A stretch of 64,000 nucleotides of DNA from assembly GCF_964194155.1 (NCBI RefSeq), contig NC_135901.1, forward strand, positions 25,358,001-25,422,000, given 5' to 3'. Both the position numbers and the translations under genes were made by a program. Position 1 is the stretch's first letter; the number at the start of each line of letters is the position of its first letter. Positions 1 through 12,017 of the stretch are shown here, piece by piece. The DNA is from Cetorhinus maximus. Its lineage: Eukaryota. The notes beneath the pieces are model-generated. The model was not told where the DNA came from and ran no database searches. It saw nothing but the letters and a program-made list of their open reading frames with translations.

Positions 1-213
<213 letters not shown>

Positions 214-379
214 CTACAGTGATTAGATTTTGCTGTTAATCACATCCAGGACTGAGCCATGTTCAGTGGTCTCTGTTCCTATTCATGGTAAGTAAACCCC
301 AGACCAGTTATAGGGGAAAATATTGTTGACAGGAGAAAAATAAATCAGCTTTGCACTAAACATGCAGTGTGTTGAATCT

Positions 380-505
380 TTTTTTGTTCATTCATGGGAT
401 GTGGGCCTCGCTGGCTAGGCCAGCACTTATTGCCCAGCCCTAATTGCCCTTGAGAAGGTGGTGGTGAGCTGTCTTCTTGAACTGCTGCAGTCCATGTGGT
501 GTAGG
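380..505 (-). mobile_element. LINE 3' tail fragment (CR1/jockey-group)
   Basis: Reverse of the recurrent ...CTGCAGCGGTTCAAGAAGGCAGCTCACCACCACCTTCTCAAGGGCAATTAGGG...ATGAA tail also seen at 24474, 34795 and 47815. Confidence 0.65.
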
Positions 506-539
506 TCTAGTTTCATTCCTTATAAACATTACAATGGTT

Positions 540-835
540 CGATACAACTGAATGCCTTGCTAGGCCATTTAAAAGTAAACCACGGTGCTTTGGGTCTGGA
601 GTTACTAGTAGGCCAGACCAGGTAGGGTAGATTTCCTTCCCTAAAGGAAATTAGTGAATTAGGTGAGTTTTTACAACCATTGACAATGATTTTATGGTCA
701 TCATTAAACTTTTAATTCCAGATTTTTATCAAATTTAAATTTCACCATCTGCAGTGGTGGGATTTGAACCCAGGTCCCCAGAACATTACCAGGGGCTCTC
801 AGGATTATTCATCCAATGACGATACCACAACATCC
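540..835 (-). mobile_element. tRNA-derived SINE
   Basis: Reverse strand has a B-box-like GGTTCAAATCCC and the body shared with copies at 1920, 34446, 50030 and 51432. Confidence 0.7.
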
Positions 836-864
836 CCACCTCCCGCTTTAAAAACAAGTTATTT

Positions 865-1900
865 CCTTTTGAAGGGCTCGCCCTCTCCTCTGTCTCCTCC
901 ATCCTTACCAACGACAAGTGTAAGATCATGGAGCTTCTTTGTCACTATGATTGAGACAATTCGATCAGCTGCCTCTGCTGCTTCCAAACTGTCTCTAAAG
1001 TTCCCCCTTGTCCGAGCCCTGAGCTCACATCCTCCAGTTTCTCTCCTATCTCCCATCATGCCCTGTCAGAGCTCATCTTTTGCAGGAGACCCACCTCCGA
1101 GTCCCTCAATTCTATTCCTACCAAACTGCTGACCATCCATCTTCCCCATGTTGCTAATATTGTTAACAGTGCTCTCTCTCTCTCTTCTGGTTTTGCTCCT
1201 CTCACCTTTTATTACACCACCCTCACCCTTCCTGAAAAAACCTTTCACCCCACTTTCCTTGCAAACTACCACACCATCTGTAACCTCCCTTTCCTCTCCA
1301 AAGTCCTTGAATTGGTTTTCCCCAAGGATCTATTCTTGGATCCTCCTATTTCTCATCTACATGCTGCCACTAGGCGACATCATCCAAAAGCACCGTGTTA
1401 GTTTGCACATGTACACTGACAACACCCAGCTCTACCTCCCCACCGTCCCTCGCCATTCCTCCACTGTTACTAAATTATCAAACTGCTTATCTGACATCCA
1501 GTAATGGATGAGCAGAAATTTCGTTGAATTAAAAACTGGGAAGACCAAAGCAGTTGCCTTCGGTCACCACTAAAAATTCCGTTCCCTAACTACCGAGTAC
1601 GTCCCTCTCCCTGGGAACTGTCTCAGACTGAACCACACTCTTCACAATCTTGTTGTCATATTTGATCCCAAGATGTTTCCAACCACATATCCACACCATC
1701 ATTAATACCAGATATTTCCACCTCCATAATGTCACCCATCTCCACCCCACCCCAGCTCATCTGCTGCTGAAATTCTCCTCATACTCATGACTTGACTATT
1801 CTAATACATTCCTGGCCAGTCTCTCACATTCACCCTGCCCCCACCCCCCAACAACCTGGAAACGAGATCATTCAAAAATCTGCTGCCCATGTGCCTTCTT
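865..1900 (+). mobile_element. L2 LINE ORF2 fragment (degenerate)
   Basis: LIYMLPLGDIIQKHRVSLHMYTDNTQLY is a decayed L2 RT YADDTQLY region. Confidence 0.8.
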
Positions 1901-1919
1901 GCTCTAAATGGAGAGGAGA

Positions 1920-2192
1920 AGGTGGCACAGTGATAACGTCACTGAACTAGTATTCCAGAGGCTGTGGCTTATGATCTGGGAACATGGGTTCAATTCCCAC
2001 AAACCTTCTGCAGACATTTTTAGCAATAAGTTTCCAAATAGTATTTATACATAAACACAGTGACCTGAATCAGACAGAAAATGTTTCTGTCTTTGTGTGG
2101 AAGTTAGTGTCAATAATGGTGCTATGAAACTATTGTTGATTGTTGTAAAATCCCCTCTGGTTCACTAATGTCCTTTAGCGGAGGAAATATGC
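1920..2192 (+). mobile_element. tRNA-derived SINE with internal insertion
   Basis: A-box-like TGGCACAGTG, B-box GGTTCAATTCC, and body CTGGTTCACTAATGTCCTTTAG. Confidence 0.65.
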
Positions 2193-2194
2193 CA

Positions 2195-2940
2195 AATAAA
2201 TGGTACAAATTTAAACAGTGCAGGAACGGAGTGACCTGGGAGTGTATGCACACAAATCTTTGAAGGGAGCAGGAAAAGTTGATCAAACTGTTTAAAAAAA
2301 AACTGATGGGGTCCACTGTTTATTAATGGAGACATGAAGTACAAAAGCAAGGAAGTCACACTGAATCTTTATCAATCACTTTTTATTCCTCAGCTCAAAT
2401 ACTGTGTTCAGTTCTGAGCACCACACTTCAGGAAAGATATCAACGCCTTGGAGAGAGTACACGGAAAATTGACCAGAATAGTATCAGGGATGAGAGATTT
2501 CTGTTATGTGGAGAGATTGGAGAAGCTTGGATGGTTCTCTTTAGAGCAGGGAAGGTTAAGGAGTGATTTAATAGAGGTGTGGACATTTTTGCCATTTTTT
2601 TAAAGGAGTTTTCATCAAATAGGGAGAAACTGTTTCCATTGGCAGGATGGTTGGTAACTGTAGAAAACAGATTTAAAATAATTGGCAAAAAATCCAGGCT
2701 GGAGATGAGGAGAGATTATTTTACTCAGCGAGTTCTGATGATCTGGAACACATTGAATGACTGGTGGAAGCAGATCCAACAGTAACTTTCAAAAGGGATT
2801 TGGACTTTTAATTCACAAGGAAAGACTTTCAGGGATCAGGAGAAAGATCAGTGGGCTGGGACAGAATGGTAACATTTTCAGAGAGACATTACAAACATGA
2901 GGGGCTGAATGGCCACCTTCTGAACTTTATGATTTGATCA
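2195..2940 (+). mobile_element. CR1 LINE 3' fragment
   Basis: REKLFPLAG...RRDYFTQRVLMIWN is the CR1 ORF2 C-terminus, followed by a GGCTGAATGGCC 3'UTR. Confidence 0.85.
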
Positions 2941-3094
2941 TATGGTGTTTGTTGTGAACCATTATACTGTTATAGAATCACAGGTCTCATCATAGTACAG
3001 CACAGAAGGAGGCCACTCGGCTCATCGAATCTGCACTGGCTCTTGCAAAGAGCAATCCGGTTAACCCCACTCCCCACTCTTTTCCCCTTTCCTT

Positions 3095-3360
3095 GGATGA
3101 GGTTTCAGTTGATCATCTGGCCTGTCAAGACACTAGCGCAGTCACACTGGGGAGAAACCGGCTTAATGTAGGGACAGTGGGAAGGGATTCAATTACTCAT
3201 TTGAGTTAGAAAGTTATCAGCGCATGCACACTGGGGAGACACTGTTCACCTGAATGTGGGAAGGGATTCACTCGGTCATTCAGCCTCCAAACACACCAGC
3301 GAGTTCAGACTGGAGAGAGAAGGTTTAAACGCTTAGACTGTGACAAGAGCTTTAAAAGCC
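3095..3360 (+). pseudogene. C2H2 ZNF relic
   Basis: Decayed CACACTGGGGAGAAACC and TGTGGGAAGGGATTC finger repeats with stops and indels; paralog at 52590-52850. Confidence 0.75.
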
Positions 3361-3387
3361 CGTTCCCATTTTATAGTCTCAGTCTAA

Positions 3388-3660
3388 GTCAGGCTTCCCA
3401 AACTGAGGGTCATAACCCCCGGTGGGATCAGAAATGAGATTTTGGGCTCGCGAGCTCTGTGGCAGCAATGGCTGCCATGTAGCTCCAACTGTTTCCTGAC
3501 ATCTGTGAGGCCCCTTTAAATCTTCACGGTTTTTTGTTGTTGGGCACGGCCTAGTGAACGACTCTCTGAGGCCCAATTGCTGCTGCAAAAAAATGCTTGT
3601 GAAAAGGTTGATGTTCATTTTTTTCTGGAAAGCCGATTTCTTCAATAATCGGGGTCATAA
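3388..3660. mobile_element. possible hAT-type DNA transposon fragment
   Basis: Starts CAGGCTTCCCAAACTGAGGGTC, resembling hAT termini; the second end is not clear; paralog at 53038. Confidence 0.35.
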
Positions 3661-3759
3661 TGTATCAATAATCAGGATACTGTTAGATTAATAATCAGAA
3701 TCAAACTGCATCAATAATGAGATCCTGTTATATTAATGATCAGAGTCCAATTACTTTAA

Positions 3760-4808
3760 CATTCAGGACAATGTGTGACATCAAATCGAAACAAGGAGAA
3801 CTTTCATACTCCTTAACCTTGTGTCTGTCTTCACCATGAGGTGAGTCTGGATAATATTTGCACCAATCTGATCCACATACTGTCGAGGTGCAGCCACTAT
3901 CTAACACAGCACAGTTGAATGAGTCAGTGACTAGCATATTCAACTGGACTGGACCAAAGCTTTTTGTGACCAGAACAATTCCTTCAGAGTGCTCATTATC
4001 ATCATCTTCAGCCTCAGAATTCTCTATGTCATACATCATTTCAAGGACCCTGCTTTTCTGTTTTGGGCAGTTTATCACATCATGATATTTTGAGTCAGAC
4101 CTGGAACACCTGTTAATTGTTCCCTGGTCATTCCTGGGGTTCATTCACCTGTTAGTGCTGTTCCAATCCATCTCTGCTAAAGATGCTTTCACCCTCTTTC
4201 GAAACCTGTCAATGTCCAACTATGCTTTATAGTCATCCAATAGATCATCTTTCTTGTAAATCTCTTCAGGGAGCCCGAATAGTAGATCCAAACCTTCATC
4301 AGTCTCCAACTGACAGGCATCCAGCTCACAAAATACTTTACTTCGCATTTTACTTTTGTTAAGAAGTGACAATGCCAAGTCCAAATCTTGTTTCCTCCTT
4401 GGTAGGGACATAACCCGTGTCCACATATCCACTTCATTCTTCCACTGGTCGAATGGCCCAGACTCTGAGTTATCAGACCCTGACAAGTCCCACTTGCTTT
4501 CAGCCATTTCTCATAAAAGCTACTAGGATTGTAACTTCTGTCCGAAATTTTATTTTCCTTTGGTTTCCAATCTTCACCATCAGACAATCATTCTCAGTTA
4601 CCATGTTATAGTCCTGACAGTCTTATGGTGAAGGAAGAAACTGGAGCTAATCTTTGCTTGGTACAGACTTATTCACAGAGTGAATCATTACAGGTATATA
4701 CCTCGTAACTCCACTCTGCTCTATGTCAGTAAGTGCCTCTTCATATGTGCTCATGTAACTAACCAATCAAAGCCCAAAACCTGCATATACTTAACCCCAA
4801 ATGATACA
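3760..4808 (-). mobile_element. Ty1/copia (GalEa-like) LTR retrotransposon 5' remnant: LTR, PBS, gag, protease
   Basis: LTR 4808-4604 (TGTATC...ATAACA). PBS TGGTAACTGAGAATG resembles the tRNA-iMet complement TGGTAGCAGAGGATG. Gag reads FDQWKNEVDMWTRV...LALSL, with a decayed CCHC knuckle (CSRSDSKYHDVINC) and protease AVLDSGCTSTVCG. Confidence 0.8.
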
Positions 4809-4868
4809 ATGAACAGCCACAGTCGGAGTATCTAAAAGGTCTCTAATTGGTGTCACTGCCGTGGTGTT

Positions 4869-6062
4869 TCAGGAGGTTGGATGACTCAGTGAATCCCTTC
4901 CCACACATGGAGCAGATGAATGGTGTCTCTCCCCAGTGTGAACTCGCTGATGCTTCCCCAGGCTGGATGCATCAGCGAATCCCTTCCCACACTCAGTGCA
5001 GATGAACGGCCTCTCCCCAGTGTGAATGTGTCGGTGTGTCCGCAGGCTGGATGACTCAGTGAATCCTTTCCCACACACGGAGCAGTTGAACGGCCTCTCT
5101 CCAGTGTGAACCCGCCGATGCTTCCACAGGCTTGAGGAATCAGTGAATCCCTTCCCACACTCAGTGCAGGCGAATGGCCTCTCTCCAGTGTGAACTCGCT
5201 GGTGTGTCAGCAGACTGGTTGACCGAGCAAATCTCTTCCCACACACAGAACAGGGAAATGGCCTCTCTCCAGTGTGAACTGCCTGGTGTCTCAGCAGAGT
5301 TGATAACTGAGTGAATCCCTTCCCACACACGGAGCAGGTGAATGACCTCTCCCCAGTGTGAACTGCCCGGTGGTTCTGCAGGGTGGATGATTCACTGAAT
5401 CCCTTCCCACACACAGAGCAGGTGAACGGCCTCTCCCCGGTGTGAACTCGTTGATGCGTCAGCAGGTGGGATGACCGAGTGAATCCCTTCCCACACACAG
5501 AGCAGGTGAATGGCCTCTCCCCAGTGTGAACTCTCTGGTGCTTCTGCAGGGCGGATGAATCTCTGAATCCCTTCCCACACTCAGAGCAGCTGAACAGCTT
5601 CTCCCTGGTGTGTATTCGCTGATGTCTCCGCAGGTTGGATGAAAGAGTGAATCCCTTTCCACACACGGAGCAGGTGAATGTCTTCCCCCCAATGTGAACT
5701 CGCTGGTGTCTCCGGAGACTGGATGAATCCCCGAATCCCTTCCCACACTCAAAGCAGGTGAAGGGTCTCTCCCCAGTGTGAATCCGTCTGTGTGTTAGAA
5801 GTCGGGATGAATCAGTGAATCCTTTCCCACACTCAGAGCAAGTGAATGGCCTCTCCCCAGTGTGAATTCTCTGGTGTGTCAGCAGGTTGGATAACTGAGT
5901 GAATCCCTTCCCACAATCAGGGCAGGTGAATGGCCTCTCCCCAGTGTGGCTGCGTCGATGAATCTCCAGCTCTGATGGGGCTTTGAATCCCTTCCCACAG
6001 TCCCTGCATTTCCACGGTTTCTCCCTGCTGCAGGTTGCCTTTTGTCCCTCCAGTTTTGATGA
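4869..6062 (-). CDS. C2H2 zinc-finger array (ZNF-2), 13 intact fingers plus a frameshifted 14th; no in-frame ATG
   Basis: The 398-codon stop-free frame extends ORF 4869..5666 upstream through [13 protein letters not shown], with TGERP linkers. A 2-nt insertion disrupts the last finger. Acceptor ttttcAG at 6358-6359. Confidence 0.8.
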   Translation of the reverse strand, partial: SSKLEGQKATCSREKPWKCRDCGKGFKAPSELEIHRRSHTGERPFTCPDCGKGFTQLSNLLTHQRIHTGERPFTCSECGKGFTDSSRLLTHRRIHTGERPFTCFECGKGFGDSSSLRRHQRVHIGGKTFTCSVCGKGFTLSSNLRRHQRIHTREKLFSCSECGKGFRDSSALQKHQRVHTGERPFTCSVCGKGFTRSSHLLTHQRVHTGERPFTCSVCGKGFSESSTLQNHRAVHTGERSFTCSVCGKGFTQLSTLLRHQAVHTGERPFPCSVCGKRFARSTSLLTHQRVHTGERPFACTECGKGFTDSSSLWKHRRVHTGERPFNCSVCGKGFTESSSLRTHRHIHTGERPFICTECGKGFADASSLGKHQRVHTGERHHSSAPCVGRDSLSHPTS

Positions 6063-7009
6063 TCAGTTAAAGCCTCGTCCTCACAAAGAACACGTGTACA
6101 GTCTCTCATCACTTTGAATGATGTGATGTTTTCTCAGGCTGTGTAACCTGAACACTCTCACTCGGGTGTGTGTATCTCGGTGCTTTTCCAGTCACTGACA
6201 TTTCAATTTTTTGAACCAGACAGCACAGACAAACATTTCTCCGTCTAGATTCAAAGGCCGATGATATTTACATTGCGACTAATCGAGTGACTCTGTCAGA
6301 TCTTAATGTGATATTTATTTTGAGATTTCTGTCCTTCGATCCTCCCCTTCCAATGTCCTGAAAAAGAAGTTTACAAGAGTCAACACAGTCATTACAGGAT
6401 AGAATTTCAAAACAGATAATTCTAGTTTCTATGAAACATATTTTCTTCTCTCATTCCTGAAAGATTATAAATCCCATTCTGCTGTCCCTAATATACACCC
6501 TCCCAGTTCTCCTGAAGGTGCCAGTTCATGCTGATTGACAGATCCATGCTCACTGCGTCCTATCCAGGACACAGAACCCTGAAAATCTTCATGCGGGCTG
6601 TTCACTTATGTATAGTACTATATTACTTGATTAGAGATAAAGGGGGGATGTGAGGAATAACTTCATTTGGACAGCAAGTGATCATAAGCTGGAACACACC
6701 CCATATGAGGATGGTGGAAGAGGAAATCATTGATGATTTCAAAATGAAACTGGATGGGCGCTTGAAGGAAATAAACTTGCAGGGTTATGGGCATATAAAG
6801 GGGGGAATGGGACTGACTGGATTGCTCTTCAGATAGTTGGCATGGACTCGAGTTGCCGAATGGACTCCTACTATGCCGTAATGACTCTATGATTGGAAAT
6901 ATATAGCGTAACTACAGTACTATATTACGAAACTAGAAATAATAATAAATGTACTTGACTACAGAACCATAAGTAATATATCTGTGTAGCAGGTAACAAC
7001 ACTGGACAT

Positions 7010-7790
7010 ATCTGACAGATGAAGTTCAATGCGGAGAACCGGGAGGTGACACACTTTGGTACAAAGAACATGGAAAGACAGTATAAAACAAAGGATACCA
7101 TTCTAAAGAGTGTGCAGGAGCAGAGAGACCTGAATGTATATGAGCATAAATCATTAAAGGTGGCAGGACAGGTAGAGAGAACTGTTTCTAAAGCATCTAG
7201 GCATCATTAATAGGGGCATAGAGTACAAGAGCAGGGAGGTTATGTTGAGCTTATATAAGGCACTGGTTAGACCTCAGCTGGAGTACTGTGTGAAATTCTG
7301 GGCGCCACACTATAGGAAATATGTGAACGCATTGGAGAAAGTGCAGAAGATGTTTACAAGAATTATTCCAGGGTGAGACACTTCAGCTATGAGGAAAGAT
7401 TGGAGAAGTTGGGACTGCTTTCCTTGGAGAGAAGAAGGGTCAGAGGAGACTTGATAGAAGTTTTCAAAATCATGAGGGGTCTGGACAGAGTAGATAGGAA
7501 GAAACTGTTCCTGCTCGTAAAGGGGTCAAGAACCAGAGTTTTAAAATGTTTTGCAAAAGAAGCAAATGCGAGGTGAGAAAAAACTTTTTCACACAGCGAG
7601 TAGTTAGGCTTTGGAATGCACTGCCTGGAAGTGTGGTGGAGGCAGATTCAATTGAGGCATTGGATGATTATTTAAACAGAAACAATCTGCAGGGTTACGG
7701 GGAAAAGGCAGGAGATCGGCACGAAGTTAAAATGCTCAGAGAGCCGGTGCAGACACGATGGGCCTAATGTCCTCCTCAACAATTCTGCGC
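7010..7790 (+). mobile_element. CR1 LINE 3' fragment
   Basis: MKFNAE..VTHFG, SYEERLEKLGLLSLERRRVRGDLIEVFKI and NFFTQRVVRLWNALP. Confidence 0.9.
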
Positions 7791-7904
7791 TTCACTCACA
7801 GCTTCACTGCTCTATTACTGAAATGTTCCCTTTTCTCCTGAAAACCTCAGCCTCCCAAACCCTGCCTGTTTCTCTTTTTTTCTTCAACACAAACAAACTC
7901 TTTT

Positions 7905-8510
7905 ACTCACAGATCTTGTGACACAGATTTAATCCCTGTGAATCTCCATCTTCATTGCCATAAAGCCCACCTTCTGATTGGCTGGAGGATTAATATCCTT
8001 CCGGTCCTCCGGAGCTCCCCATTGGCCGAGATCAACCTTGGCTCGAGAGAGGGAGAACAATGAGTGGGGGCGGGGCTCCCGTGTCCGCGAGTCTGGCGCG
8101 GATTAGAACCCGAGGACGTCACCGCGGAGCAGGATGATTCCTATTGGATGATTCAGGCAGCATTTCATAGTGGACTTCACAATGACTCTTGGGGCGTTCC
8201 CAGCGCACAGTCTCCCATTGGGAGGAATAGCACTGGTGACAGAAGCAACATACTGCGGATTGGACAATAGCTCGGCGCGTCTGGAGGTCAAAGTCTCTCC
8301 CGCCCCCATGTGGGCTCGGGTTCCGCTTCCTTATTGGCTTCATACGAGGGATTGACCAATAGGAATAACTGGAGAAACGGAAAGGCGCTGATGTTCCAAC
8401 CAATCAGAGCGCGGGCTTTGTGCTAACGGCCCCATTGTCTGAAGCGGAAGTTGGACAATGAGCTTCTCACCCACTTAAACTGCCTCCTCGGTTCCACATG
8501 TGTGAGTAAA
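7905..8510. promoter_or_regulatory. Bidirectional CpG-rich promoter for ZNF-2 (-) and ZNF-3 (+)
   Basis: About 8 CCAAT/ATTGG boxes, GC boxes (GGGGCGGGG ~8067, CCGCCCC ~8300) and an ETS site GCGGAAGT ~8444. Outward-facing GTGAGT donors lie at 7910 (-) and 8502 (+). Confidence 0.7.
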
Positions 8511-9442
8511 ACACTTTCTTTCCACCCGCTTTTCTAATTCTGAGTTTAAATTGTTGACTTGCAGGAACTGAAGGGAAAGGAAGCGAATCCAGGGAGGGTG
8601 CAGACTCTGGAAAGGTTGGCCGAGGTCTCTCTTTTTCTCTCTCTGAAAGACATTGACATCTTTTGCTCTCTCAGCTCGACACATTTATTTGCCTGCCTAA
8701 GAGGACGGCCTCATTCCTAATGTTCACATTTCAAGGGGATGGCTGACATTTAAGGGGACAGTAAATTAATATAGATCAGAGATAAGTCTAATGCTGTTAT
8801 AAGGTACATATTAGAAATATTATTTATGGTTCTGCAATAAAGTATATTTATAGTTATTTCTACTTGTTTTAATATATTATTGTATATATTTACAATCATA
8901 GACTTATCATGACACAGAAGGAGATCATTCAGCAACTCGAGTCCATGTCAACTCTCTGTAGAGCAATCCAGGCAATCCCATTCCCCCTCTATATCCCTGT
9001 TCCTGTGTAAGTTTATTTCCTTCAAGTGCCCATCCAGTTTCATTGTGAAATAATTCATCTCTGCTTCGACCATCCTTATAGGCAGAGATGCAGATTAAGA
9101 CCTCTCACTGCCGACATAAAATTCTTCCTCACATCCCCCTTCCACTGTATCTCTAATTAAGAAGTACTGCATATCACATACTTTTCATCTAGTTTCATGC
9201 ATGTCTATCACATATATACACATAAAGATTTTCCGGTCCCTGTGTCCAGAACATGAAGCTATGACCATGGACCTGTTGATCAGCATGAATTGCTGCTTCG
9301 GAAGAGTGGTTAGGGTGACTATTATGTACAATAAAGAGAGAATAGAGTTACTTTTGGGGAATGAGAGAGGAAAGAATGATCCATAGAAACTAGAATTGTC
9401 TTTTTTGAACTTCTATCCTGTACTGACACTGATGAATCTTAT

Positions 9443-9646
9443 AAAAGCAAAATACTGTGGATGCTGGAAATCTGAAGTAAAAATGGAAAATTCTGGAAAA
9501 ACTCAGCAGGTCTGACAGCACCTGAGAGATCAGAGTTAATGTTTCAAGTCTGTATGAGTCATATGGACTTGAAAGATTAACTCTGTTTCTCTCTCCACAG
9601 ATGCTCTCACGCATTCTGAGTTTTTCCAGCATTTTGTTTTTATTTT
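9443..9646. mobile_element. Penelope pLTR-derived fold-back mini-element
   Basis: Inverted arms GGAAAAACTCAGCAGG...GAGTTTTTCCAGC, central GAGTCATATGGACTTGAAA, and an imperfect TSD ACA(C/T)TGATGAAT. Confidence 0.7.
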
Positions 9647-9876
9647 ACATTGATGAATTTTGTAAACTCCCTTTACATGGTTTTAGAAGGGGAGATTTTG
9701 CAGACAGAAATCTCAAACCAAACGTCACATCAAGATCTGACAGAGTCGCTTGATTTATTGGGGCCTGAAAAAAAAAACACACCCTTCACAGTGGGGAGAG
9801 ACTGTACACGTGTTCTGTTTGAGGACGGGGCTTCAACTGATTGTTGAACCTGGAAAGATACAAGGACACTGGCACC

Positions 9877-10431
9877 ATGGAGAAACCGTGGAAATGTGGG
9901 GACTGTGAGAAGGGATTCAGATCCCCATCAGAGCTAGAGATTCATCGACGCAGTCACAATGGGGAGAGGCCGTTCACCTGCTCTGAGTGTGGGAAGGGAT
10001 TCAGATCCCTATCTAAGGTGGAGATTCATCGACGCAGTCATACTGGGGAGAGGCCGTTCACCTGCTGTGAGTGTGGGAAGGGATTCACTCATTCATCCAG
10101 CCTGCTGGCACACCATGTCACTCACACCAATGAGAGACTCTTTAAATGCTCTGACTGTGGAAGTGTCTTCAAAATTGCTGCAGATCTGAGAGTGCACCAG
10201 CGCATTCACACTGAGGAGAGGCCATTCAGCTGCTCTCACTGCATAAAGAGGTTTAGAACGTCATCCAGCCTTCGGATACACCAGCGAGTTCACACTGGGG
10301 AGAAGCCATTCACCTGCATCGTGTGTGGGAAGGGATTCAGTCAGTCATTTCACCTACAGACACAACAGCAGTTCACAGGTGATTACAGGGATTCTGCTGT
10401 TATTGCTGCTGTTAATCACATCCAGGACTGA
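9877..10431 (+). CDS. C2H2 zinc-finger protein (ZNF-3), 5 fingers plus a degenerate 6th
   Basis: GCACCATGG Kozak start and [10 protein letters not shown].... A 1-nt deletion in the last finger reads through the ancestral TGA into the 3'UTR. Confidence 0.8.
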   Translation: MEKPWKCGDCEKGFRSPSELEIHRRSHNGERPFTCSECGKGFRSLSKVEIHRRSHTGERPFTCCECGKGFTHSSSLLAHHVTHTNERLFKCSDCGSVFKIAADLRVHQRIHTEERPFSCSHCIKRFRTSSSLRIHQRVHTGEKPFTCIVCGKGFSQSFHLQTQQQFTGDYRDSAVIAAVNHIQD

Positions 10432-10659
10432 ACCATGTTCATTCTGACAGCTAGTGGGGTGGGGGGGACAGAGGGTTTCTTTCTGCTGGGCTGGCCAGTC
10501 TCATGACTTTGCTTCCAGTGGGTGGACGCTCTTTGAGCCTGGGAGTGCATGTTTCTACTGAAATGATCCACAAAAGCTGATGAATTACATTTATCCTGGA
10601 TAGTAAATAGTGTTTTTCCTACCACTATAGGTAGATCTAAAATAAATACATTTGTCTCT

Positions 10660-11200
10660 GTTCCATTGAGTCTACAGCACAGGGCCAGGCCAGTCAGCTC
10701 AATTGGTCTATGTCAGCATTTATGTTCCACATGAGCCTCCACCCACCCCTCTTCATCTCTCCCGTCAGCATATCCTTCTATTCCTTTCTCCCTCGTGTTT
10801 GTATCTAGCTTCCCCTTAGATATATTTATGCTGTTCCCCTCAAACAATGGCTGTGGAATTGAGTTCCAGATTCTCACCACTCACTGGGTAAAAAGGTTTC
10901 TCGAGAAATCTCTATTGGATTATTGAACTTCTTCAGAATCTTAAGGACTTCCATCAGGTCACCCTTCAGTCTTCTCTTTTCCAAAGAAAAGCAGCCGCAG
11001 CCTTTCCTGAGGGTTAAATGCTCTCAGTTCTGGTATTGCTCTTGTGAATATTTGTTGCACCTTCTCCAGTGCCTCTGTTTATTTTTTCTAAATGGAGATC
11101 AGAAATGTTGACAGTCCTCCCAGTGTAATCTAACCACTGTTCTAAACAAGTTGAACATAACCTCCCTGCTTTTCAATTCTATCCCTCTAGAATGGAATCC
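10660..11200 (-). mobile_element. CR1 3' fragments (part of an inverted duplication)
   Basis: Reverse CR1 C-terminus and 3'UTR; mirror copy at 16445-16990. Confidence 0.75.
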
Positions 11201-11909
11201 TACACATGATTCTACATTAAAGGAAACTTGTGAAGTTCTTCGAAAGGCTGGACAGAGGGTTGGTGCGAATGGCACCAGGGATGAGCGATTTCAGTTAGTT
11301 GGAGAGACTCCAGCAGCTGAAATCCCTCTCTTTAGATCATTGAGTCTTCAGTATAGGGAATAGGGCCATTCAGCCCACTGAGTCCATGCCAGCAATCTGT
11401 ACAGAAAAACCAGTCAGTCACATTGCCTGTTCCATTCTCAGATCCTTGTAGGTTTATTTGCCTCAAGTGCCCATCCCATTTCCTTTTGAAATCATTCTAT
11501 CATCTCAGCTTCTAGCACACTCATAGCAAGTGGGGTCCAGGTCATTACCACTCACGTTAAATGTACACAAGGCCATTTGGTTCATCCTGTTCATGCCAGA
11601 TATTTGAGAAACTAGCCAGTTAATCCTAGAGCCCTGCAATTTTCTTTAACTTTCAAGAATCTGTCGAATTCCTTTTTGAAAGATAGAGTCCAATCTGCTT
11701 TCTGCATCATTTTCAGGCAGTGCATTCCAAATCACAGTAACTCCCTGTGCTTTAAAACGCCTAATTCAGGATATAATGTGTTTGGATTTTTATAGAGCAT
11801 TCAAAATGGTGTCAAAGACATGGCTATTTCACAAAATTAAGATTCAATCCTGATCAATGATGTTGATGATGGGACCAAGTGTAACATATACAAATTTGTG
11901 GATAATTAG

Positions 11910-12017
11910 AAAAAACCTGCATTTCTATAGCATCTCTCAGGACCACAGGACCTCCTAAAGTGTTTTACAGCCAATGAAGTACTTTTGAAGTGTAGTCACT
12001 GTTGTAATGTCTGAAAC
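11910..12017 (-). mobile_element. SINE/L2-type 3' tail fragment
   Basis: TTTACAGCCAATGAAGTACTTTTGAAGTGTAGTCACTGTTGTAAT, repeated at 13115-13220 and reversed at 26190-26330. Confidence 0.6.

Noticed and set aside
1920-2000. tRNA gene (also 13590-13675 and 51432-51510)
   Set aside because: A/B boxes are present but there is no convincing cloverleaf, and the sequence continues into or matches SINE bodies
6100-6357. KRAB or other N-terminal domain in the ZNF leader
   Set aside because: Leaders contain stops and indels in differing frames and no KRAB-A motif is visible
9836-9840. Selenocysteine or readthrough at the shared TGA codons
   Set aside because: The TGA aligns with CGA/CGG (Arg) in paralogs, consistent with CpG decay; the finger is otherwise decayed and no SECIS was recognised
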